Source: Octopus vulgaris (taxonomy: Eukaryota). From it: DNA of 64,000 bases. This document shows positions 41,859 to 53,685 of the stretch, piece by piece; position 1 is the first letter of the stretch; every line of letters starts with the position of its first letter. The translations under genes were made by a program, and so were the position numbers. Under the pieces are notes generated by a model. The model ran no database searches and was not told the DNA's origin. It saw only the letters and a program-made list of their open reading frames with translations. The stretch is taken from contig OX597818.1 of NCBI GenBank assembly GCA_951406725.2, positions 47,244,001 through 47,308,000 of the forward strand. Reading direction: 5' to 3'.

Positions 41859-42775
41859 TATTAGATGAGGTTGGGCAATCGTGGTTAAGCAAACCTATGA
41901 TCAGAAGTACTCCAACTATGACTATTCTGTCTATTTTTTATGTGCAGAGAATCTTGGGCCACATTAGTCATAATCCAAGGTTATAGGGGATGATTTTAGG
42001 GAGAATTTAGTTGTTATTCTTGGCAAAGATAGCGATATTTATATTACTCAGTGAATCTTTGCTAATCAGCTGGAAGTAACCCATAGTCGACTTTACTTGG
42101 AGCTCTTGTGCCTGACTTAGCCAGAAATTTTGCTATGTCTAGAAAATTAACATTGCTTTTGCTGAAGTTGTAAAGGATATCAGAGTTTTAGATGAAATGG
42201 CACAAGAGAAGCCATAACTGTGGTGTACGAGAAGGGAATGAGGAAGTATTTTGATACAAACTATCAATCACTCTACTAATTGTCCATTATTCTCTCAATG
42301 GAAGCATCAACACTCTTGGTCGCTAATTCATCTTTCAATTAATGTATGCTATTAATAGATTTAATTCTAGTTGATAAAATGTGTTTCTTTAGACAAGAAA
42401 TCCAATGCTTTACAATAGAACATTCTTAATACAAAGTTCTAATACCAGCAAACATGTAGCTACCGTCACTGTGTCTCTTATAACTTCCTGCCATTACTGT
42501 TTCTTTACTCTGTCATTACTGTGTCTCTTCCACTACTCTCTCCTCTACCATCTTCTTACTCCAATCACATCATTTCTCCCATCAGTCTTGCTTCCTTCAT
42601 CCTCTCATCCTGGTTTCTCTTCTCTCATTGTCCTGCCTTCTATTCACTTTCTTGGTAACATTGTCTTGAACAAATGGAGACAAAGTAGAGTTGTTAAAAC
42701 ACTTTAGTGTCATACACAATGTCTCTGGTATCAGTGCTGTGCTAAAGCAAATACAATATACTTTGTAGAATGGCC

Positions 42776-43187
42776 TTTAACCCTTTCGTTACCAACCCGG
42801 CCAAAACCGGCTTTGGCTCTGTGGTAAAATGTCTTGTTTTCATAAGTTTTGTATTAATATCTTCCACCAAGCCTTAGTCACAATTTACATTCCTAACACT
42901 AGCTTAATGATAACCAAGTTATTTTACTAAATTATTTGTTATATTTAAAATAATTGAAAGAAACACAGAGCATCTCAAAATAAATACAGTAACAAAAGGC
43001 GGTGAACTGGCAGCCAAGCGGTATTTCATCTGTCTTTACGTTCTGAGTTCAAATTCCGCTGAGGTCGACTTTGCCTTTCGTCCTTTCGGGGTCGATAAAT
43101 TAAGTACCAGTTCTGTTCTGGGGTCGATGTAATTGACTGGCCCCCTCCCCCAAAATTTCGGGCCTTGTGCCTTGAGTAGAAAAGAAA
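42776..43187 (+). mobile_element. piggyBac-like MITE (42781-42999) fused to SINE family B (42998-43187) inside one 18-bp TSD
   Basis: ATACTTTGTAGAATGGCC at 42758-42775 and 43188-43205. Confidence 0.85.
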
Positions 43188-43906
43188 ATACTTTGTAGAA
43201 TGGCCAGGTAAACATGGATAACTACTGTCATTTACTTCTTCTCCTCTGCCTCTGGTTCTTTCTCATTGTCTGTATGCGTGTGTGTGTGTGTGTGTGGTGG
43301 TCTTTTATTTACTGCCCGTCACCAACACTCCTGTGCACCTATCCCACACCAGTTATGCCAAGCCTTTGGTCTTGACAAAGTCATGATAATTTCTCAAGTA
43401 CTGAGGTCATAATAAAATGCATTCTGTTGGTGTGAGGAAGGTCATCCAGTATGAGAAACCATACCAAAAATGAAATACATGAATATGAATGGCTCCTTCA
43501 CTCAGCCAGGAGGATAGTCACTCTAACAGGATTCTAGGAGGATAGTACAACTGATTAGACAATGAGGACCTATCTAACTCATGCCAGCATGGAAAGCAGA
43601 CGTAAAATGATGATCTTTTTTTAGAACAGGGAATCTCAGAAAATTGAGGTTTAATTCTTTTACTTTTTTTACAGTCATTGAACTGTAACTATGCTGGGGC
43701 ACCACACCGTCAAACAGTTGGGGGGTGGGACACACACACACACACACAATTATACATACAAGTGACTGGCTTTCACACAGTTTCCGTCTAGCAAATTCAC
43801 ACACAAGGCATTGGAGAGCCCAGGGCTAGAGTACAAAATACTTGTCAAAGGTGATGTGCAGTGGGACTAAAACCAAACCACAGGATTGAAAAGTGAGCTT
43901 CTTAAC

Positions 43907-44125
43907 CATCATCATCATCGTTTAACATCCGTTCTCCATGTTAGCATGGGTTGGATGGTTTGACCGGGAATCTGGGAGCCAGAAGGCTGCACCAGGCTCC
44001 AGTCTTATCTGGCAATGTTTCTACAGCTGGATGCCCTTCCTAACGCCAACCACTCCATGAGTGTAGTGGGTGCTTTTTACGTGTCACTGGCACAGGGGCC
44101 AGAGGAGGCTGGCAATGGCCAAAGG
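43907..44125 (-). mobile_element. 5'-truncated RTE-LINE 3'UTR adjoining a SINE A (43655-43908)
   Basis: (CAT)n, CTACAGCTGGATGCCCTTCCTAACGCCAACCACTCC core. Confidence 0.8.
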
Positions 44126-44721
44126 AAGTTAATTATTGTATTTGAATCCTTAAATAATAGAAAAGAAGAAATATCTTTTTTTTTAATTTTTTTTTTATTT
44201 TCAATCTTTTTATTTGTTTCACTATGGCCTTGCTGGAGCACCACCTTGAGTTTTAGTCAAATGAATTGGCTCCAGTACTTATTCCATCAGTCTCTTTTGC
44301 CAGACCATTCAGTTACAGGATGTAAACACACCAACACCAGTTGTCAAGTGGCAGTAGGGGACAAGGACTTAGACACACACACACACACACAATTGACTTC
44401 TTTCAGTTTCCATCTACCAAACCCTCTCGCACTGTAGCCTAAGGGTACAGTAGGAGACATTTACCCAAGGTGCCATCATGCAGTGGGACTGAACCCGGAA
44501 CCATATGGTTGTTAAATACCTTTTAGCTAACTTATTGCACAGCAGTAAGGCCTTTGCAATCACATCTGCAAGGCACAGCTAAACACTCCATTTGTTCTGA
44601 GGTGTACAACCTATTACTCCTTCTCTCCACCACCACCACCACCAACCATCTGCTTCTTGGTCTTCCCCCCTCCTGTTTTTGTTTCTTTTTCTTTGTTTCC
44701 TTGGTGAGGTAATTAGGGGTT

Positions 44722-45385
44722 TGCAGGAGTGGCTGTGTGGTAAGTAGCTTGCTTACCAACCACATGGTTCCAGGTTCATTCCCACTGCATAGCATCTTGG
44801 GCAAGTGTCTTCTACTATAGCCTCAGGCTGACCAAAGCCTTGTGAGTGGATTTAGTAGATGGAAATTGAAAGAATCCCATCGTGTATATATATGTGTGTG
44901 TGTGTTTGAGTGTGTCTGTTCCCCCAACATCGCTTGACAACCGATGGTGGTGTGTTTACGTCCCCGTAACTTAGCGGTTCGGCAAAAAGAGAACGATAGA
45001 ATAAGTACTAGACTTCCAAAGAATAAGTCCTGGGGTCGATTTGCTCGACTAAAATCGGCCCCAGGACTTATTCTTTGTAGGCCTAGTACTTATTCTGTCG
45101 GTCTCTTTTAGTCGAACCGCTAAGTTACAAGGATGTAAACACACCAGCATCAGTTGTCAAGCAATGTTGGGGGGACAAAGACACACACTCAAACACACAC
45201 ACACACACATACATATATATATGATGGGCTTCTTTCAGTTTCCATCTACCAAATCCACTCACAAGGCTTTGGTCGGCCCGATGCTATAGTTGGAGACACT
45301 TACCCAAGGTGCCACGCAGTGGGGCTGAACCCCGAACCATGTGGTTGGTAAGCAAGCTACTTACCACACAGCCACTCCTGCGCCT
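44722..45385. mobile_element. Two SINE A copies fused tail-to-tail (44722-45052 +, 45052-45385 -)
   Basis: Junction GGGGTCGATTTGCTCGACTAAAATCGGCCCCAGG; both terminal tails missing. Confidence 0.9.
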
Positions 45386-47424
45386 AACTTCTCCCATTTG
45401 TCTAACTTCTCCCATAACTCATCTGTTCTTTACCCCCTCTCTTCCTCTGTCACTCTGATTCTTTTTCTCTCACTCACACTGCGTATGTTCTTTTACTCAT
45501 GGTGTGTCACCAAGCTTCACCCTGCACTCCTTATGCCATCTCTTTCTTTACGTGTCTCTTTTACTCTCTCTTCCTCCTCGATATTATTTAAATCATGAAC
45601 TGCAAAGACCAATCAACCAACATTTACATCAGCCATTGTTATACAGAGATTTACATTAGTCTCAACTGAACTGACAGGATATGTTTATCATGTTAACTTA
45701 AGTGGAAGACATAAAACACAGTGTAATAGAAAATAACTTTCTGAAATATATATGCAAATACTGTTTAACTTCATGCTTCATCAGTATGCAATACTGAATA
45801 TTCTCTGAAACATTATGTAATATGTTTAGTTGCAAGTTAATGGTTATAGCTTTTATATTTTAGATAATGAAATTTCAATAAAAGAACAGGACTCTATAGA
45901 ATTGTCTCAAAGACCGTGTGCAGACTTCATGTGGTTGTCTGTGACTCATCATAGAATGTACCATTTGGTCAATAATACACACAGTCAGGAGATTATGTTA
46001 ATGAGCTTTTTTTTTTTCTTTCTCTTGGTTACTAATAATTTAAATGTAACATCAAATAGCCAGACACGAGATCATGATTATTAAATTATTAAATATAAAA
46101 AAACACAGTGGGTCAAAATTTTAGTTTCCTGAGTCAAATAAAGGTTATTGACTGGAAACACAATGTTGGTGTTTAGAGAATTTTTTTTTTTTTTCGAAAA
46201 AAGAAAGCTTTAGATTATTACAGTTCATCAGGTTGATAGCTTGTGTGCATTATGCAAACCAATTTATTAAAAGATTAGAGGAGTCTCTTTTGGAGATTGG
46301 CCATATTGATAAATATTTACCATTTACTAATTCATTATGGCACAGAACTAGCTTATCTAATCATTTATTTTTCTTATTTATTCATCATCTCTGAATATTG
46401 CTGTGCGAGTAGAAATGTGATTAAATTTGCTACTTCGCTTGTATTTTTACTTTGCAAACGAGCCAAACAAACAATAATTACCTGTAGGTTTACATGTCTA
46501 ATGATAGAGGATTGATATAATTTTGATTGCTATTATATTGATCAGATATATATGGAATCAGATTTGTAAGTAGCAATGTTTCCTTGTATCTTTCAAAGAT
46601 GCTCCATTTTATCGTATTGAGTGCACAGGGGTTTTCCCCTCTCTTGAGTCAGTTTAATAAATATTACGTATCTAATAATAATGATTCCACCCATAACAGA
46701 AGCGTTTAAATCAATATTTCCTTTAAAATGTATCAAAGAAATTCCTCCCATATGAGAGCACAGCAATTCTTCTGCTACTGTTAACTCTAAAATAATTGAA
46801 TTTTCTAACTAGAAATCTTATTATTTTTAACAACTATTTTACTAAGGCAACATGGATGGTTTGGAATTGTAGCATAGCATGTGATCACTCCTCTTGATTG
46901 TGAGTCATCTTGCTTCAGTGCCAAACATTATCAGATCATTTTGGCTTGGGAAACTCATTTTTGAATTGAATTGGATATATTGCTAGACTGATTTTTATGA
47001 ATCTTAAGAAGAATGAATATCATCGCAGCAAGCTTTGTCTTCAATAAAACATCTAGTTCGATTGGTTACTGCCTGTACTTAATTATATTGTCTTTGGTTA
47101 TCATTCTTTTAATGTTCACTTTCCCATGCTTGCATGAGTTAAATGGAATTCATTGAGGCAAATTTTCTACAGCTGGATGCTCTTCCTGTTGCCAACTCTC
47201 ATTTCATTTTAAGCAGGCTAATATTTCCACATGACCAGATGTATTTTCACAAAAGATTGGCAACAAGACACTGTATGATAGTGACACTCCTTTACAACTA
47301 TCAAGCTACATCAAGAAGCCAAAAACACATGTAAACATACTGATACATGCATTTATGCATGCACAAATGTTTTTATTTCTGTTCACCAAATCCAGTCACA
47401 AGGCTTTGGCCAGCATAGGGCTAT

Positions 47425-47593
47425 TGCATCTACTTGCAATGCCAGAGGGCGCACACTCTCCTACCCTGATGTAATCTCCAGGGATACAGGCATCCAGCAA
47501 CAGGACCTCCGTAATGCCATGATGGACCGTGAAGTCTGGCGTAGCATGGTAAATTCCATTGTCTCGACCACGGTCGAACAATGATGATGATGA
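47425..47593 (+). mobile_element. Young 5'-truncated RTE-clade LINE 3' end inserted in a SINE A (47365-47692, -)
   Basis: Uninterrupted RGRTLSYPDVISRDTGIQQQDLRNAMMDREVWRSMVNSIVSTTVEQ* then (TGA)n; GGCTAT duplicated on both sides. Confidence 0.85.
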
Positions 47594-47914
47594 AGGCTAT
47601 GGTAAAAGACACTCCTCCAAGGTGACACCCAATGGAACTGAACCAGAAACCATGTGGTTGGGAAGCAAACTTCTCACCGATGCACCCATGCTTGAAAATT
47701 AGTATAGAAGCTATTTAGCTGTGAGAAGACAAAAAAGCTACAATCCCTGATAATTACTTTGCTTCTAAGATTTTTGCAGGATGCTGAGCCATTTAATATC
47801 TAAGATGAATAGAATAAGTGAGTAATTATCAGACTCAGATAAGAATAAGATGAATTAGACTAGCTAAGTAAAAAGTGAATGAAATATTGCTATGGATATT
47901 TTTTTTTTTTTTTT

Positions 47915-48122
47915 GTACTTGTTTCAGTCATTTGACTGCGGCCATGCTGGAGCACCGCCTTTTAGAGTGGTGAAAGAGTACAGCAGGGATCACCACCATC
48001 CCCTGCCGGAGCCTCGTGGAGCTTTTAGGTGTTTTCGCTCAATAAACACACACAACGCCCGGTCTGGGAATCGAAACCGCGATCCTCCGACTGCAAGTCC
48101 GCTGCCCTAACCACTGGGCCAT
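47915..48122 (-). mobile_element. SINE D head fused to SINE A tail
   Basis: 47965-48122 is the reverse of 29230-29380; 47915-47964 is the family A tail. Confidence 0.75.
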
Positions 48123-49244
48123 TTTTAAAATTTTCTATTATGGTTTTGATGGATAGTTAATTTATGTAAAATCTACTATAAAAGCAAATGATAAACCACT
48201 TAAATGTATATTCTTGACTTGAGGGAAAAAAACTTCGAGAAAAAGAAATGCAATTGAGGGAGTATTAAATTAAGATAGCCATCTATGTATCATACATAAT
48301 GTATACACACTGTTGATTGACCATTACTGCTGTATTTGCTCAGGTATCACATCTGTTATTGACTTGCTGTGATAAAAACACAATATCAAAGGGAGATGGA
48401 AATTTGTTCCAACAGTGGCCAGCAAGAACACTAAATGCATTTCAGCCTGGGGTGGGGGGATACTTTTCAATGGCACATACTTGCAGCTAGCTACATGCTC
48501 AGACAAGAATTTGTTACCACTGGTATAGGAAGTGTTAATAAAACATTCACTAACGTTGCAAATAGCCACCTAGCTGAATAAAAATCCAATATATGCAATT
48601 GAAACTATTAAATTAATCATCTATGTATCATACAGACATCCATAAGAGCTGCTATCTTAGATAAGCACTGCAGTAACTAGCCTATCAACAGTGTGTGTAC
48701 GTGCATGCATGCATTTATTTATTTATTATGAAACAAAGATGGCTATTTAAAAAAAAAGCCTATAATGAAATGATTGATATAAGATATATTTTGGGGGCAT
48801 TATTTCAATAAGAAAGATAATTATATCAGGAAGTAACCAAAGACAAAGAAATTAATATCAGATCATATATCTGAGACAGTGGAAATTTGGATCATCAGTA
48901 AAGCATCATATTTTCATTCCAGTTTTTTTTTGTTGTGTGAATTGTCGGTCTGCTGTGTGGAATCGATTCAATATTAATAAACTTTATCTGCTGAAAGATT
49001 TTTAGATATTTCCTGTGTAACTTTGATGTTTGTTGAAACTTGAAATAAATAAAAGTTAGATAAATCAATGCATCTGTTCGTGATGAGTGATTTCAAGATT
49101 GTACTGGAAGTTCTTCTTCATGAGCATCACTATGTTAAACTGGAATAATACAAGACTATTAACTGTTTGGGACAGACAGCTGTCCTGCTGATGTGGATAT
49201 CTCATTGTATATCAAAGAGAAAGAGAACAACTATGGACAATGCC

Positions 49245-49408
49245 TCCTGAGTTCAAATTCCGCCGAGGTCGACTTTGCCTTTCATCCTTTCGGGGTCGAT
49301 TAAATAAGTACCAGTTACGCACTGGGGTTGATGTAATTGACTTAATCCGTTTGTCTGTCCTTGTTTGTCCCTTCTGTGTTTGGCCCCTTGTGGGTAGTAA
49401 AGAAATAT
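49245..49408 (+). mobile_element. SINE family B core + tail
   Basis: CTGAGTTCAAATTCCGCCGAGGTCGACTTTGCCTTTCATCCTTTCGGGGTCG. Confidence 0.85.
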
Positions 49409-49619
49409 ATATCCAGATTAGAAATTCACCTTTATACCAATAATTGGTGCACTTGGTTTTTTGAGTAAATGCCTAGTGACAATCTGGATAAGCTAGGGTT
49501 TTCAGGAAAAGAAATCGACCAACTAACTCACATAGGATAAATATAGTCTCTAAGTGGAACAATAGAAATATGCAAGACTTTTCTAAAGTTTAAAATGTGA
49601 TATTGTGATATATATATAT

Positions 49620-49850
49620 ATCTTTGTGTGTGTGTGTATGTTTGTGTGTCTGTGTTTGTCCCCCCAACATCACTTCACAACTGATGCTGGTGTGTTTACA
49701 TCCCCGTAACTTAGCAGTTCGGCAAAAGAGACCAATAGAATAAGTGCTAGGCTTACAAAGAATAAGTCCTGGGGTCGATTTGCTCGACTAAAGGTGGTGC
49801 TCCAGCATGGCCGCAGTCAAATGACTGAAACAAGTAAAAGAGTAAAAGAG
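49620..49850 (+). mobile_element. SINE family A 3' half
   Basis: Microsatellite through (GTAAAAGA)n tail. Confidence 0.9.
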
Positions 49851-50354
49851 CGTAAAAAAAAAAAAATATTCTACCACATGAATATTTACTGTCCATTCTG
49901 CTGAATGAATTCAAAATTAAATTCTTCATTAAAATGTATTAGCAAGAGATTCAGTGTTGTTAGTGATACCCATACTGTAAGTCAAAACTTAATTAGAAGG
50001 AAAAGCATTTATTTAATTTATCCTTTTTACTAGCTAATCTAATTCATCTTATTTTCATCTGAGCTTGGTAATTACTTGCTAATTCTATTCGCTTTTGATA
50101 TCAAATGGCTGAACATCCTCCAAAAGTCTTAGAAACAAAGTAATTATAATGAATTTTGTTAAGACACTAATGCTTGCTAATAGATAGTGTAGTCAAGTTT
50201 CTAAAGATAGATTGCTGTTGTCACCACCATTATTACAACTCCTGTCATCACCCCCTCTGTCTTTGTTGTCATTGGCAACGCCACAGCGGTTGTCGCTGCC
50301 ACTGTCATCATCACTATCTCTAGCATCATCATCACATCTGGTTTTTATGCTCTA

Positions 50355-50559
50355 TTACTTTTTTACTTGTTTCAGTCATTTGACTGTGGCCATGCAGGAG
50401 CACCGCCTTTAGTCGAGCAAATCGACCCCGGGACTTATTCTTTTGTAAGCCCAGTACTTGTTCTATCGGTCTCTTTTGCCGAACCGCTAAGTAACAGAAA
50501 CATAAACACACCAGCATCGGTTGTCAAGCAATGCTAGGGGGACAAACATAGACACACAA

Positions 50560-50637
<78 letters not shown>

Positions 50638-50701
50638 CTTTATTGCCCACAGGGGGTTAAACATAGAGGGGATTTGGTAGACGGAAACTGAAAAGAAGCC
50701 C

Positions 50702-50738
<37 letters not shown>

Positions 50739-50898
50739 ACGGGCTTCTTTTCAGTTTCCGTCTACCAAATCCACTCACAAGTCATTGGTCGGCCCGGGGC
50801 TATAGCAGAAGACACTTGCCCAAGATGCCACGCAGTGGGACTGAACCCGGAACCATGTGGTTGGTTAGCAAGCTACTTACCACACAGCCACTCCTGCG
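50355..50898 (-). mobile_element. SINE family A with internal SINE B tail fragment and self-derived inverted duplication
   Basis: B tail at 50634-50670; palindrome at 50670-50772. Confidence 0.88.
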
Positions 50899-51588
50899 TG
50901 CATGTGGCTGTGTGCATGCGTGTATGTATGTATTTACACACACAATGTGGGTACTAATGTACAAGTGGTTCTGTAAATAAACACATTGAATAACAAATGA
51001 CTTTTTCTGAAAAGGAAAAACTAAACTAGCATAATGAGCTGAAATTTGGTCAGTGAAGTGGCATCAGACTATGCATACACGAAAATGACTGGGAACCCAT
51101 TCATTTTCACAATTTGAAATTTTAACAACAAACCATTAGTAAACTACGCACTTGCATATAAGTGCTGGGAGAGCTTATATACAAATGGGACACGAAATGA
51201 ACAAGTTGTTTAGCAAACAGTTGTTCTGAAGAAAATTATATTCTGTCAAGAGCTGACATTTGAAGAACAATTTTACATCCATGCAAGCATTTCGTGTAGC
51301 TTTCAAATTTTCTATTTCATGTAAAAAAAAAATAAATTTTTTTCTGAAAATGTAACCTGAAAATGTAATAGCTCAGCAGAAGCAAGACAAAGGGGGGGGG
51401 GAGGGGGAGCGCACACACACACACATTTATGTAGTTGTTATTGATGGATGGAATAACATCATTTCCTACCTTTATGTGGAGTGTGGGATTGAAATGGATT
51501 ATCCCTGTTTATTTGCATATCAGTTATTCAGGTAACGAACAGTTTGCTTAACAAACAGGTCTCTAGAATGGATTATTTTCATATATAT

Positions 51589-52002
51589 GTTGCCAGAGCA
51601 GCTAATTGGCTTCTGTGCCGGTGACACGTAAAAAGCACCATTCGACCACAATCGTTACCAGCATCACCTTACTGGCACTTGTACTGGTGGCACGTTAAAA
51701 AACATTCGAGCGAGGTTGTTGCCAATGCTGCTGGACTGGTTCCTGTGCAGGTGGCACATAAAAAACACCATTTGAGCATGGCTGTTGCCAGTACCGCCTG
51801 ACTGGCCCTCGTGCTGGTGGCACGTAAAAGCACCCACTACACTCTCGGAGTGGTTGGCATTAGGAAGGGCATCCAGCTGTAGAAACTCTGCCAGATCAAG
51901 ATTGGAGCCTGGTGCAGCCATCTGGTTCGCCAGTCCTCAGTCAAATCGTCCAACCCATGCTAGCATGGAAAGCAGACATTAAGCAATGATGATGATGATG
52001 AT
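51589..52002 (+). mobile_element. 5'-truncated RTE-LINE 3'UTR with four diverged hairpin units
   Basis: Four GCCAG..CTGGC / GTGCCGGTGGCAC-type units, core and (GAT)n. Confidence 0.82.
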
Positions 52003-52012
52003 GTAGAGATTC

Positions 52013-52047
<35 letters not shown>

Positions 52048-52444
52048 ATGCATGTCTCTTCCTTTCTCTCATTTTTATTCCCTAGCATAAAATTGCACAC
52101 ACCCTCCTTCAGGGTTTGTAGTCTTGCAAGTTATATGGTAACCTCAGTAGTACTGGTGGCATGAACAAAAGTGCCCAGTGCACACTGTATAGTGGTTGGC
52201 ATTAAAGAGTGCATCCAACTGTAGAAACCATGCCAAAACCGACAGTGGAACACCATGCAGTCCTTGGGCCCATCAGATCCTTTGGAAGCATCTAACCCAT
52301 GTCAACATGGATGTTAAATACTGATGCAATATAATAGTGATTTACCAACTGATTTTAAACAAAGAAACTCATATTTAGAAACAAATATTTCACCAGTCCA
52401 TATTAATATTACTATGAATGAGAATTCACATACTGACCCTTTAG

Positions 52445-52605
52445 TACATTATTTACATTATTTACATTTGACGGATGATTGTCCTCATCTTGTTTCTTGT
52501 TAACACAACGTTTCGGCTGATATACCTTCCAGCCTTCATCAGGTGTCTTGGGGAAATTTCGAACTTGCGTTCTCATTCCTAAAGTATTTTTCGATGTTGT
52601 TGTTG

Positions 52606-52660
<55 letters not shown>

Positions 52661-52722
52661 GGCATGGTGGTTAAGAGCACAGGCTACTAACCCCAAGATT
52701 CTGAGTTTGATTCAGGCAGTGA

Positions 52723-52763
<41 letters not shown>

Positions 52764-52935
52764 TTGAAAAATACCTTAGGAATGAGAACCAAGGTTCAAA
52801 ATTTCCGCAAGACACCTGATAAAGGCTGAAGGGTATCTCAGCCGAAATATTGTGTTAACAACAAACAAGGTGACGACAAACATCTGTCAAATGTAAATAA
52901 TGTATGTAATTCCTCATCTCTTAGATATAGAACTG
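52445..52935. mobile_element. Palindromic Penelope-like element: inverted hammerhead unit, (ATT)n, tRNA-like segment, (AAT)n, hammerhead unit
   Basis: 52445-52660 is the reverse complement of 52728-52905; A/B-box-like segment at 52661-52727. Confidence 0.75.
52502..52547 (-). ncRNA. Minimal type-I hammerhead ribozyme motif, core intact
   Basis: GACAC-CUGAUGA-A-GGCUG(GAAGGUAUAU)CAGCC-GAAA-CG-UU-GUGUU; palindromic stem III AACGUU typical of Penelope-associated minimal hammerheads. Confidence 0.72.
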
Positions 52936-52940
52936 TATAA

Positions 52941-53143
52941 CTCTTTAGTATTTAAACCAGCCATATCTGACCTGTTTATGTTAAAAATGAACAGATCTAG
53001 CCTCTCACGTCTATCTTATGTCATTATAAAAGAAATATACAATTACATCATTGAAATCTTGCAGCTGAGATAATACAAGATTAATACAAATCAATGTGAA
53101 TAAATAAGTATTACTTTTGACAGAGTAATCTGAATGCTTTGGG
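52941..53143. mobile_element. piggyBac-like MITE family 2, diverged
   Basis: Homologous to 21492-21700 and 24535-25060. Confidence 0.65.
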
Positions 53144-53599
53144 CTAATGAAGTGGCAAGGATTTGACATTTGTTTCAGATAGCCAAAGCAGAAATTAGCT
53201 TCATTAATAACTACTGCCGTGGCTGTGGGATATCACACTTATGGGTTATGCAATCCCCATCTACATACATATTCTGTTTCTTTTAATCACTTTTAGTGGA
53301 CTGTAGTGTTGTTAGGTATAGATTTTTTAATGGGACAAGCATTTGTTCACTTCATTTATGGTCAAGAGTTACAAGGAACTTTCATTTGAAAGCATAGATT
53401 TTTTTAGGCGTAGGAGTGGCTGTGTGGCAAGTAGTTTGTTTACCAACCACACAGTTCCGGATTCAGTCCAACTGTGTGGCACCTTGGGCAAGTGTCTTCT
53501 ACTATAGCCTTGGGCCGTCCAAAGCCTTGTGAGTGGATTTGGTAGACGGAATCTGAAAGAAGCCCGTTGTATATATGTGTGTGTGTATATATATATATA

Positions 53600-53672
53600 G
53601 GGGAATTAGCTCAGATGGTAGAGCGCTCGCTTAGCATGCGAGAGGTACCGGGATCGATGCCCGGATTCTCCA
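53600..53672 (+). tRNA. tRNA-Ala-AGC: tRNA-Ala (anticodon AGC), structurally intact
   Basis: 73 nt; acceptor stem GGGGAAT/ATTCTCC with the G3:U70 alanine identity pair; D arm GCTC/GAGC; anticodon arm CTCGC-TTAGCAT-GCGAG; T arm CCGGG-ATCGATG-CCCGG; discriminator A; no encoded CCA and no T4 terminator directly downstream. Confidence 0.93.
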
Positions 53673-53685
53673 CTTGTTTACATTT

